From: Octopus sinensis
Lineage: Eukaryota
Assembly: GCF_006345805.1 (NCBI RefSeq)
Contig: NC_043022.1
Coordinates: 496,001-560,000 of the forward strand
Direction of reading: 5' to 3'
DNA length: 64,000 bases
A program made the translations under genes and the position numbers. The notes beneath the pieces are model-generated. The model worked only from the letters and a program-made list of their open reading frames with translations, ran no database searches and was not told the DNA's origin. Below are positions 1 through 11,452 of the stretch, in pieces (the first letter of the stretch is position 1; the number at the start of each line of letters is the position of its first letter).

Positions 1-190
1 ATGGGTTCCCCAGCTGGACAGGACGCCAGTCCATCGCAGCGTTCTCATTTTTGCCAGCTGAGTGGACTGGAGCAACATGAAATGAAGTGTTTTGCTCAAG
101 AACACAATGCGTCGCCCAGTCCAGGAATCGAAACCACAATCTTACGTTTATGATGCTGACACCCTAACCACTAAGCCACGCGCCTCCACA
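1..190 (-). mobile_element. tRNA-derived SINE, family C (subtype 1), 5' part
   Basis: Minus strand starts TGGAGGCGCGTGGCTTAGTGGTTAGGG (A box) ... GGTTTCGATTCC (B box), followed by a body shared with 15540-15785 and 58385-58628. Confidence 0.8.
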
Positions 191-320
191 ATAAATGCAT
201 ATTTATAAAATATATTGTATGTTGCTACCTTGTAGACCATAACTTGGGGATACTTTTGTGATGCTATGAATATGTAGGTTTATATATATATGTATATATA
301 AATACATACATCATTTATCA

Positions 321-668
321 TCATTGTTCGACCGTGGTCGAGACAATGGAATTTACCATGTTGCGCCAGACTTCACGGTCCATCATAGCATTACGGAGGT
401 CCTGTTGCTGGATGCCTGTATCCCTGGAGATTACATCAGGGTAGGAGAGTGTGCGCCCTCTGGTGTTGCGAGTAGATGGCTTCCAGAGGAGAAGAGTAGA
501 AATTACTTCTTTTTCAGCTCTACAACAATGTCCAGCAAACTGGACTCTCCTACCCTTCACAAGAGATGACACAGGTGGTAATTTCCCATATACTTGCATT
601 TTAGTTGGATGGCGCCTCCACGAGAGATTTTGAGCTCTCATAAGGAGGCGAGTGTAGGTTCCATCCAA
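321..668 (-). pseudogene. RTE-like LINE ORF2 C-terminal fragment
   Basis: Translation ...RRVQFAGHCCRAEKEVISTLLLWKP...RGRTLSYPDVISRDTG resembles RTE-type ORF2 C-termini; second copy at 43115-43380. Confidence 0.65.
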
Positions 669-715
<47 letters not shown>

Positions 716-978
716 TATATATAATTATATATATATATATATAATGTAGAGTATATTAAAGTATAGACAACGTCTCTACACTGCAAGTATTTTGTATATT
801 ATGTACCCAGAATGATGTCTCGGTTACAAAAAAGAAACTATATATTTTATTTATGAAGGAAGAGAAAATACTGAAGATTTCCAATTTGGTAAGAGAATAT
901 GCATTAAATGCTTGAAGTACAGCATTGTCTACATATTAACACATCACACACGTATATATATATATATATTATATATAT

Positions 979-1064
<86 letters not shown>

Positions 1065-1550
1065 GTTATGGGTGTGTTCGTGTGGGTGTAGGCATACAAA
1101 CACACTGACATTGGCAGAGTCGTCCGATACATAAAATGTCGAGGTGATATACATACGTGCCTTGACAGAGATCTACGAGTTCATTATCACTTTTCTTGAG
1201 ATTCCATGTGAAGAAACGTCTCTCACTAAAGTTTTTTTTCTGTAAGGAGAACTCTACACAGAGTAAGTCAATACACGCCAGTTGCATTTAGTTGTAGAAT
1301 CATGGAATGGGATTTCACCTGAATATGAATATTTTTGAATGTCATAAATTGAAGATTTATGCAGTCACTTTCTTGGTTTCACATGAATATCGATTTTATT
1401 TCTGGTTTTAATAATGAAACCGAAATGGTCTTGCAGAACTTTTGTAGAACATATTTTGTGCCATATATACTTATGCAGAAATATCTACCTCTGTATCTAT
1501 CTATTGATGTCTTTCTATCGATCTGTCTGTCTGTCTATCTATATCTCTCT

Positions 1551-1607
<57 letters not shown>

Positions 1608-1618
1608 TACATATATAC

Positions 1619-1667
<49 letters not shown>

Positions 1668-1731
1668 TATATATTATATATATATATATATATATAATAA
1701 TATACATATTACATATATATATACACACACA

Positions 1732-1768
<37 letters not shown>

Positions 1769-2057
1769 CATACAATATATATATGTGTGTGTGTGTGTGG
1801 TGTGTGTGTATCTGTGTGTGGTACACTTTTGTTTATATGTCAAGTTATAATAGATACAATGTAACGAATGTTTCAGTTAATCTGTCATCGGGGACAGCAG
1901 ATCATCAGGAGGGGGGGAGATGTTATCTGTAAAAACCAGATACACTTATTACAAGCTCATACACACACACACACGTATATATGATGATTTCCCTTCGCAA
2001 ATACGGATCGGGCAGGGACAGTGTGTCGTTAGCCAGCTAGAGGGGATGTCTTCCTGG

Positions 2058-2170
2058 GGCTATAAACTACAGTAGCACCGTCCCATATGGGTCAGCCACA
2101 TTTAGGTGGCAAATATACTTCACGTTGTCGTGCTGCTACAGTTTAATTCTCGCTCAGAGATTTATTATTG
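2058..2170. repeat. ~110-bp interspersed repeat, copy 1 (copy 2 at 5257-5370)
   Basis: GGGGCTATAAACTACAGTAGCA..GTCCCATA.GGGTCAGCCACATTTAGGT...CAGAGATTTA.TATTG occurs at both loci in the same orientation. Confidence 0.8.
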
Positions 2171-2199
2171 CTTGTTTCTCCTTTTTCGAGGTCAGTGGA

Positions 2200-3727
2200 C
2201 TTGTCACTGGAGAAAGCATATGTATTTGCGTTCGAGATCACTTCTCATCCCCATCCTGCTCTTATCTGACTGAGTGACAAACAGAGAGCCGACTGGCACT
2301 CGTGCTCATCCGCAAGGCGGGCAAGGCCTGCAGCGGACTGGTGGGGTCCAAGAGAGATGACGTCCTGGGAGAGCTTCTGGGACTCGATGAGGACCGGCTG
2401 GCCAACCCGTTTAAAAGAACTTTCGGGTCGGGTTATCTGGATACCTACCAGAAATCCCTGACGTGGCAGTTATATAGGAATGCTTTACTTGTTCGTGATA
2501 AACTGTCCAGACACGGCATGTCTGTACCACCAGCTTGCCCAAGGTGCAGGCGGGATGAGGATACCTATTCCTTTATTACCCTCAAGGGGCCAAACACAGA
2601 GGGGACAAAGAAGGACAGACAAACGGATTAAGTGTTTACTACCCACAAGGGGCCAAACACAGAGGGGACAAAGAAGGACAGACAAACGGATTAAGTCGAT
2701 TATATCGACTCCAGTGCGTAACTGGTACTTATTTAATCGACCCGAAAGGATGAAGGCAAAGTCGACCTCGGCGGAATTTGAACTCAGAAACGGACAAATA
2801 CGGATTTCTTAACTACTACTACCCCAAGGGCCAAACCATAGAGGGGACAAACAAGGACAGACAAACGGATTAAGTCGATTATATCGACTCCAGTGCTTAA
2901 CTGGTACTCTATTTAATCGACCCCGAAAGGATGGAAGGCAAAGACCTCGGCGGAATTTGAACTCAGAAACGCGAACGAAATACCTATTTCTTACTACCAC
3001 AAGGGGCCAAACACATAGAGGGGACAAACAAGGACAGACAAACGGATTAAGTCGATTATATCGACTCCAGTGCGTAACTGGTACTTATTAATCGACCCCG
3101 AAAGGATGAAAGGCAAAGTCGACCTCGGCGGAATTTGAACTCAGAACGTAAAGACAGACGAAATATCGCTAAGCATTTCGCCCGGCGTGCTAACGCTTCT
3201 GCCAGCTCGCCGCCTTATGAGGACACCGTCCCGCACGCACTTGTTCGTTGTCCCGAGATTTCAGGCCTGATAGTTTACGCGGACTGTCAAAGGACTTTCA
3301 AAGGAAGGTGAGGCCAGTTTGTTATGCACAGTTACGATTTTGGAAGTGTATATGGAAAACGAGGATGAAAGGAGTCGCGAGGGGAACCTTTATTTCTGGC
3401 CCTGGTTTGCTCTACAACTTCATCTGAAAAGCAAGATAGGGCTGGAGAGAGGACGCCTGTCGCGAAGTATATACGAGAAAAGATGGAAAGATGTGGTGAG
3501 CAAGTTGAGTGTGGAAGACCCTTCTTAAATACCCAGTAAATTCGTACGGTCTCGCCGGTGGACTTCCCGGCCAAAATGTAAAATTTTCATTGAAATTGAC
3601 ATTCATTGTAAAAACATCTTTCGAAATTCTTAGCCGTTTTTCGCAAACGAACTCACGATCTTTATGTTTGTAACGTCCTGTGCTGACTCGTCTATGTTCG
3701 ATCACGTGATTATAATAAATAATTCAT
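2200..3727 (+). mobile_element. 5'-truncated Tx1/L1-type LINE (ORF2 C-terminus plus 3'UTR), interrupted by a SINE B multimer
   Basis: YQKSLTWQLYRNALLVRDKLSRHG..CPRC..EDTVPHALVRCP and KCIWKTRMKG..HLKSKIGLER..EKRWKDV align with the C-terminus of ORF2 at 39050-39558; stop at 3528; AATAAA at about 3714. Confidence 0.8.
2566..3216 (-). mobile_element. SINE family B multimer (one head plus tandem 3' segments) with an 11-bp target-site duplication
   Basis: Head AAGGCGGCGAGCTGGCAGAAGCGTTAGC on the minus strand at 3216; repeated GTCGATTATATCGAC/ACTGGTAC blocks; flanked by ATGAGGATACC (2555-2565) and ATGAGGACACC (3217-3227). Confidence 0.85.
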
Positions 3728-3741
3728 CCCCCCCACCCCCC

Positions 3742-4880
3742 GGCTCTTGTTGGATTGCTGCCTGTGTGAGTTCGTATTGTTCTAATGTTATTCTTCTACT
3801 CTTTTTGTTATATCGTTGAATTGTTGCACCTGTGAAATTTGAACTGCGGTCGTTTCGGTAACGGCAATTTTCGTCCTGCGGGGCAGAAAATACCGTTTTG
3901 TTCAACTACAGACGTTATTTATTACAAGGTAAAAAAAATAATACTGTTTAATAATTTTTGTGAAAGACATTTTTGGCAAAAATATTTTTTGTCACTTGTA
4001 AAAATTTTTTGAAAATGTGTGTTTCCTGTTAAAGGAATTTTTGTATTGAAAATAGAATTTGACTTAAAGTCAATTTTGGATTTCCCAGAGATGGAAAGAC
4101 AAAAGAAAATGTAAAACAAAGTACAAAACAGGTTCAAGAGGAAAAACTAGATTTTCAGTTGCCGTCGGCGGCAATATGGTAAATTTGAACGTATCCATGG
4201 CAGAACTATTCATAGATCGTAATATGATAAAGAAAACAGGGAATGACAGCAAATTACTCCTCCCCAAGAAACACTACAAAATATAGCTGCCAAGACCGTG
4301 CTCTATAAGACGTACAGTCTTAAATAAAAGAGAATAATGTCGGTGAAAAGCGAATTAATTGAAAAGTGTTTACAGCCCATTTGGAACAAAATAAAATATG
4401 TTGGACGCGGGATAAAAAGTTCTACAGTGGAGGCACAATTCGCTGACGAAAGTACAGCGGAAGAACTGTCTACACTGACACTGAAAAATTAAGAGATAAT
4501 TTTCCTGCCAATTTATCTAGGAAATTCCAGCTGGTTTGGACGCGGATTGCAGCAGCCGTATTATACGACATGGAAGAGTAAATGTCCATTCTGCAAATAC
4601 AGAAAAAGGAGGCCGAAGATTGGAAACGCCAGGCGTATGCGAGAAAGGATGGAAGGATGTGGCAAGGAAGTTGGGTGGGAAAGACTCTACTTAAATACCG
4701 AGTAAATTCGTGCGGTGTAACCGGTGGACTTCCCGGCCAAAATGTAAAATATTTCATCGAAATTTTATCATTCGGAGTTTTTAACCGCTTATTGCAAACG
4801 AACTCATGAACTTTATGTTTGTAACGTCCTGTGCTGTCGCGACAACGTTCGATCACGTGATCATAATAACGAATTCATCC
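3742..4880 (+). mobile_element. Internally deleted Tx1-type LINE copy (5'UTR, ORF1 remnant fused to the ORF2 C-terminal end, 3'UTR)
   Basis: ORF1 remnant LSTLTLKN*EIIFLPIYLG / IAAAVLYDMEE*MSILQIQKKEAEDW resembles ORF1 at 34850-35030; runs directly into EKGWKDVARKL* (about 4700); 3'UTR 4700-4880 matches 3530-3727. Confidence 0.65.
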
Positions 4881-4887
4881 CCACCCG

Positions 4888-5257
4888 GCTCTTGTTGGAC
4901 TTTTTGGCTGCTGCGCTGGTGAGTTCGTGTTTTGTTATACCTCTTTTTTTTTTTATTGTTGTTGCACTTGTGAGGATTGAACCTTCGTTGATCTGGTAAC
5001 TGTAATTTTCGCCCTGCGGGGCAAAAAATTCTGATATATTGTTGGCGAACTACGAACGTTGATATTATGCTGGCAAAAAATTATTTTTGTCAAACATTTT
5101 TGAAAAAAAATTGTGTCTAACTTTATTCCTTGTGAAGGAATTTGTGTTTGAGAATAACTGTTCGTTATGGATTACGATTTGATGTCAAGTGTAGACTTCC
5201 CAGAGATGGAAAAGTTTAATGAAAATGAAAGCGATATTGTAAAACAAATGCAAAAGG
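4888..5257 (+). mobile_element. 5' end of a third tandem Tx1-type copy (5'UTR plus ORF1 start)
   Basis: GGCTCTTGTTGGA.. 5'UTR matches 3742-4050; MDYDLMSSVDFPEMEK (ATG at 5167) matches IEFDLKSILDFPEMER at 4052. Confidence 0.65.
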
Positions 5258-5482
5258 GGCTATAAACTACAGTAGCATCGTCCCATAAGGGTCAGCCACA
5301 TTTAGGTACCAAATATGCTTCACGATGTCGTGCTGCTACTATTTATACCTCGCTTCAGAGATTTAATATTGTTATATATATTATTGATATATTGATAGAT
5401 AGATAGATAGATACACATATATATATGTACCTATCTATCTATTTATCTATCTATCTGTCTATCTATCTATCTACTCTTTTTT

Positions 5483-5843
5483 TACTCTTTTATTTGTTTC
5501 AGTCATTTAACTGCGGGCATGCTGGAGCACCGCCTTTATAGTCGAGAAAATCGACCCCAGAGCTTATTCTTTGTAAGCCTAGTACTTATTTTATCGGTCT
5601 CTTTTGCCGAGCCGCTAAGTTACGGGGACGTAAACACACCAGCATCGGTTGTCGAGCGATGCTGGGGGGATAAACAGACACGCAAACATATACACACACA
5701 TACATACATATATATATATATACACACACGACGGGCTTCTTCCAGTTTCCCTCTACAAAATCCACTCACAAGGCTCTGGTCGGCCTGAGGCTATAATAGA
5801 GGACACTTGCCCAAGGTGCCACTCTGTGGCATTGAACCCAGGA
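5483..5843 (-). mobile_element. tRNA-derived SINE family A with internal microsatellite
   Basis: Minus strand: GGTTCAATGCC B-box-like, CCTTGGGCAAGTGTC core-like motif, (GT/AT)n spacer, tail GGCGGTGCTCCAGCATGCCCGCAG..ACTGAAAC; about a dozen copies in the window. Confidence 0.85.
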
Positions 5844-6976
5844 CACACACACACATATGGTTATATGTACATTCACGTTGGTTCATTCTTCCATCCATGC
5901 CAATTGTTTCCATCGGATGATTTCTCATGATTTTCTTTTTATTCAGATATTGTTCTGCGGTTGTCGTCATTCCATTTACTTTTTCCTTTGGGACTCCACT
6001 TGTCCATTCACTCGTTTATTTACTATTTCCATCAGTTACATTCTCTGTTGTAAATCTCTATATCATATCCAGATCCTGTTTTCCTGCACTTATTTGTCTT
6101 CATCCCGGTTATACCGTCCCCCATCGGCCAATCCATTTGTGTCACAGTCGCTGCTTGTCTATTACGTAATCGCATCCTGTTTGGCTAATTTTTTTAATGT
6201 GTTCCTAGAGTTGTTTACCTTTGTATCTCTTATTGACTGAAAGCAGTGCAAATGGTGGTCTTTCTTCCCTTTTTAACTTGTTAACCGTCAGATCACATGA
6301 ATTGTTCAACGTTAGCTCGGTCAACAGACACACTTTGCCAGCGTTCTTCCAACCACAAATACGTGAATAACACTACACAAACATACACTTGCGTAGATGA
6401 ATACCTACCTGCACAAACACGCACACATGCGTATATAGGCATGCATGTATCATTCAATACATACCTTAACGTATACTTGTAGGTATGTATGTATATATGT
6501 ATGTATGTACGTATGTATGCGCATATGTGAATGTATATATAAGTATGCATATAAGTTTGTGTGTATGCTTGTATGTATCGCTGGATATATGCTTGCACGT
6601 ATGGGTATATACATACATATATATGAATATGTATATATATATGCATGCATATATATATATATACATACATACATATCTATACATATGTACGTATGTATGT
6701 ATAAACACATGCACACATTTATACATTCATATACACACAAACTGATATATATGTGAACGCTCACATTATATTAGGCATAAGTACCTATTTATATCCGGGA
6801 AAGTGTTTATGATGCACGCACACACCACATTTAATGTGTGTGTGCGTGTACATATATATAGACAGAGAGAGAGAGAGAGAGAGAGATGCATATACACACA
6901 CAGATACAGTATATATGATTTGTGTGTTGAATGTCCCTATATTTTTGTAAATCATGCGCGTTACACACACTCACAC

Positions 6977-7021
<45 letters not shown>

Positions 7022-7118
7022 CGTGTAAATATATACCTACATACATATTCATGTATCGATACATATTCATGTGTGAATATGTACCTATGAGCACACAGAT
7101 ACAGACACCATAGACACC

Positions 7119-7156
<38 letters not shown>

Positions 7157-7729
7157 GATATATATGTATATATATGTGTGTGTGTGTGCAGCAAGTCCAT
7201 GTACAATCACCGAGAGAAAAGGGAATAAACCAATAAACGAGTCAATATTTTGGGATTTAGAAAGAAATGAAAGAGTCTGAGTAAACGCGAAAGAGACAGA
7301 GAGAGAAAGAAAGAGAGAGTGAATGAGTGAGAAAGAGAATTGGGAAATCGAAGTGGAACTGTTTGCTTGTGGATATGAATTAGGGAGAGAGAGAGAGAGA
7401 TGTCTATGCAGATGTATGTGTATCAGTAGATATTAGTTAATGTGGGGGGTGGCGTACGGAAGATATTTACGGGAGAGAGAGAGAAAAGGTGGTGAGGAAG
7501 AAATGAATGGTAGTGAGAGTGGGAGAGAAGCAGGAGGACGAGTAAGAGGGGGAAGAAGAGAGGAGGAGAGAGGGAGAGAGAAAAACAGGCAAAGGTGGGA
7601 CAGAGAGAGAGAGAGAGAGTGAAAGAGGTAAGGAGTAAGGGTGGTGGTGCGAGTACTTAGTCAAATGGAAGTAGATTTCCTATTTCAAAGTGATTTCGGC
7701 TTCAAGTCAATCCGTCTGTAATTCAACAT

Positions 7730-8210
7730 CATTCCCCCCTCCCACCACCACCCTCTCCAACCCCCACTAACTCCTACCACTTTACTTTTACTACACCACC
7801 ACCCATCACCGTCACCACCACCGCCACCACTACCATCACCACCACTTCCACCTCCATTACCACCAGCACCGCTACAACCGCCACCACCACCACCACCAAT
7901 AGCAACATAAACCATCACAATCACAACCACCGCCGCTACCACCACCACCACCAGTACAAACACCAGCACCACCATCATTCCCACCACTGCCACTACCATC
8001 CCAACCTTCAATACCACCACCATCGCTACCACCACCACAAACACCATCGCCATTACAACCACCACCAATAGTACAAACACCAACGCCATCATCATTACCA
8101 CCGCCACCACTACCATCCCAACCCTCAATACCACCACCATCGCCGCCACTACACCCACACTGCCGCCACCACCACTACCACCACGACCCACACCAACACC
8201 ACACCGGTGC
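7730..8210. repeat. (ACC)n-rich low-complexity tract with a duplicated ~110-bp unit
   Basis: CAGTACAAACACC..ACTACCATCCCAACC.TCAATACCACCACCATCGC appears at about 7950-8030 and 8070-8150. Confidence 0.75.
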
Positions 8211-8845
8211 ACTCAGCAGATGCTGCTGAGTAGACTATTGAGGTTCGAATTTGAAGGAGGGAATTGATGAAGATAGCAAGGCAGATTGCTTGATACATAA
8301 ATACACAGCAGAGTCTCTCACCTACAATATGTTACATCAACGCACCACCTTCCACCCTTATCCGACACCACTACACTCCGTACGTGCTCACTTCCCCGTA
8401 CACTAATACACCCAAGAAACCACATGTATCCCAGAACACCACACACACCTCCCCCAACCATCTCTATATACGGATATCCCTCTATATAGTCGACTCTACC
8501 CAGCTTACACTCTTTCTAAACCCTCCAAAAGAATCGCATCCCCACATGGCTCCTAACCTTTTTCTGTTCTTTCCCAAGCATCTTTTTTCTCGTTCTTTTA
8601 TTTTTTCTGATGAAGGGCTAGCGTCCGAAACGCCAAGACTCCCTTATTTTCGAACATTAAATCGATACATTTGTTTAAAATTGCCCCTCGTGTGTTATAC
8701 CTTCGCACACACATACACACGCACAAACGCATACATACATCCATATTTATATATACACACACAGACATACATATTTACATACATGCATACACACACACAC
8801 ACACACACACACAATATTATATAGATGTTTATATACATATATAAT

Positions 8846-9220
8846 ATGAAAAAATAGAGAGGTAATTGATAAATTGTTTAATTAGAAAATTGACAAACAT
8901 CCCTTACAGCTGTTTCAATTCCAGACATAAAATTAATTATATCAAAAATTATTTGAAAGTCGAATATTTTCAGAAGTAGATAGAGATATGCAAAATAGAT
9001 GTTGAGTAAATGGCTTCAAACCGTTAGCAGCCATTTACTCAACATGCAGGAACTGAACACCTATTTTGTATATCTTTATCTACATCTGAAGAGATTCGAC
9101 TTTCAAATAATTTCTAATTTAATTAATTTTATGAATGTCTAGAATTGAAACAGCTGTAAGGGATGCTTGTCAATTTTTTAATTAATAAATAATTTATTAA
9201 TTACCTCTCTATTTTCTCAT
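8846..9220. repeat. ~375-bp foldback (inverted repeat) element carrying hammerhead-like motifs
   Basis: Arms are reverse complements (ATGAAAAAATAGAGAGGTAATT vs AATTACCTCTCTATTTTCTCAT; centre ATGTTGAGTAAATGGCT-13 nt-AGCCATTTACTCAACAT). Confidence 0.85.
9081..9165 (+). ncRNA. Partly degenerate type I hammerhead ribozyme
   Basis: CTGAAGA (9086-9092), stem II GATTC/GAATT, GAAA (9147-9150), palindromic ACAGCTGT, GTA cleavage triplet (9156-9158); stem I imperfect. Confidence 0.55.
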
Positions 9221-9251
9221 CTTGTTATTATAATAATTAAATATATCTAAA

Positions 9252-9310
<59 letters not shown>

Positions 9311-9884
9311 TACACATACATGCATACGTATACGTAGCTATCGATCTTTCTACTTATCAGTCTGACTGCTCCCTTCTTCAATATATACATTGTATACCTG
9401 GCTGTTACCACCACCGAACACATCCTCAAACAGTTAAATGGCTTGTTCCAGCTTCCTCATCACCTCAAGAGCACTTTGAAAGCACATTTAAAAATCGAAA
9501 AGCAAACGAGCACATATTAGTAAATCATGAACAGTGTTAGAGAAGGTTCTTATATTCAAGAACGGATCAAGGTCCCGTGACCTCTATCTCACAGAAAAAT
9601 TGCAGTCAGCGCCCGTCTTAAAAGTGCGAACTAATTTCCACTTGCCTGCACATAAACAAACGTGACACCCCGTTATGTAAGGCAGACGACAACGGACGAC
9701 CTGCACTGATTGCATGGCCTACTAGAAGACCTCATACAATGAAACATTATTTTACAACGGTCGCATCAAGCAAAACGGTTTGGGGAGAGACAACATATCT
9801 ATTTCGGTAGTTATTAAGAGGTAAACATAATTGCTATATTCTTTGAGGAAAGTAATTTTGAGGGCTTCCATAAATGTTTATTAA

Positions 9885-9923
<39 letters not shown>

Positions 9924-9928
<5 letters not shown>

Positions 9929-11046
9929 GATAGGAGTCAGGCAGTAGTGGTTAATGGAGCCACCTCTATGAACACACAAATAGTGAGCGGTGTTCCACAG
10001 GGCACTGTCTTGGGACCACTGCTTTTTATAGTGGCCCTCTCAGATATGCCCTCAAATGACCGGATAGCCACTCTGGCCAGCTATGCAGACGATACAAAAG
10101 TCTCGCAGAAAATACAGAACCCCAGCGATGTTGCACACCTGCAGCAGGAGTTGGACTCAATCTACAGATGGGCTGAGGATAATAATATGCAGTTTAATGC
10201 TGAAAAATTCCAAGCCCTGCGCTACCAGCATCCAAAACTGAATATTAAACTTACAGGATACACCGGTCCACAGGGAATTTCAATCCCAGAGCCTAAGTCT
10301 GTGAGGGACCTGGGTATCGACATGAGTGATGATACCTCTTTCCAAGTGCACATTACCAGGATGGCGACAAAGTGCAGACGACTGGCTGGGTGGATCCTAA
10401 GAACATTCAGAACCAGAGATAAGGAAACCATGATGGTCCTCTAGCGGATATTCGTCCTCAGTCGCCTGGATTACTGCTCACAGCTATGGTCACCCACCAG
10501 TGTAAAATTAACAGCGGACCTTGAAGCAATCCAGAGAAGATTCACAAAGAATATCGTCTCTTTGCAACAGCTCAGCTACTGGGAAAGGTTGAAACAGCTG
10601 AGACTCTACTCCCTGGAGAGAAGACGGGAGAGGTATGCAGTAATATATGTCTGGAAGGAATTGTGCCAAATTTTGGCATTGTAAGCTACACCAATGCTAG
10701 AACGGGACGACACTGCATAGTGCCAAAGATCCCAGCAATGCCATCACGCTTCAGGACCAGCTTCTGCAACAGCCTGGGTTTCAAGGGCCCACAGCTTTCT
10801 AATATTCTCCCAAAGAGTCTGAGGAACTTGCACAAAGTAGATGTAGCGGTTTTTAAATCAAAGCTGGACATCTTCCTGTCGAGAGTCCCAGATGAACCTA
10901 CCTCACGGCAAGAGGTGCAAATGAGAGTAGCTGTATCAAACTCCATTCTTCACCAAGTGCCACATATTAGACGAGGCTCTTCGCAATAACAGTGTAGCAC
11001 AAAACGGCGGTGCATCAGCATGGCCGCAGCTCTGAGCTGAAACTAG

Positions 11047-11064
<18 letters not shown>
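9924..11064 (+). mobile_element. 5'-truncated CR1-type LINE (RT C-terminal part, 3'UTR, poly-A)
   Basis: SGVPQGTVLGPLLF, YADDTK, VRDLGI, SRLDYCSQLWSP, LSYWERLKQLRLYSLERRRER; one in-frame TAG (10442) and a frameshift near 10655; poly-A at 11047-11064. Confidence 0.88.
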
Positions 11065-11094
<30 letters not shown>

Positions 11095-11095
<1 letters not shown>

Positions 11096-11398
11096 CGAGG
11101 TGGACTTTGACTTTCATCCTTTCGGGGTCGATAAATTAATTACCAGTAACGCACTGGGGTCGATATAACCGACTTAATCCGTTTGTCTGTGTCTAGCCCC
11201 TTGTGGGTAGTAAAGAAATAGGTATTTCGTCTGTCTTCGTGTTCTGAGGTCAAATTCCGCCGAAGTCGACTTTGCCTTTCATCTTTTCGGGGTCGATAAA
11301 GTACCAGTTACGCACTGGGGTCGATGTAATCGACTTAATCCCTTTGTATCTCCTTGTTTATCCCCTCTATGTTTAGCCCTTGTGGGCAATAAAGAAAT
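11095..11398 (+). mobile_element. SINE family B tandem dimer (3' parts)
   Basis: Two consecutive GTCGACTTTGCCTTTCATCCTTTCGGGGTCGATAA..GCACTGGGGTCGAT..GCCCTTGTGGG..AAAGAAATA units. Confidence 0.85.
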
Positions 11399-11418
11399 AT
11401 ATATATATATATATATAT

Positions 11419-11452
<34 letters not shown>

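Noticed and set aside
2566-3216. Repeat-spacer-like periodicity resembling a CRISPR array
   Set aside because: The units are SINE segments with no unique spacers, the context is eukaryotic, and there are no cas genes
3412-4856. Similar minus-strand ORFs (3412-3705, 4470-4856; FTFWPGSPP) suggesting a conserved unknown protein
   Set aside because: They are the antisense of the duplicated LINE ORF2 end and 3'UTR; the similarity is explained by DNA-level duplication
7685-8212. 175-aa Val/Gly-rich ORF, or a Thr/Pro-rich mucin-like reading on the other strand
   Set aside because: (ACC)n low-complexity DNA, with no splice context or domain to support an exon
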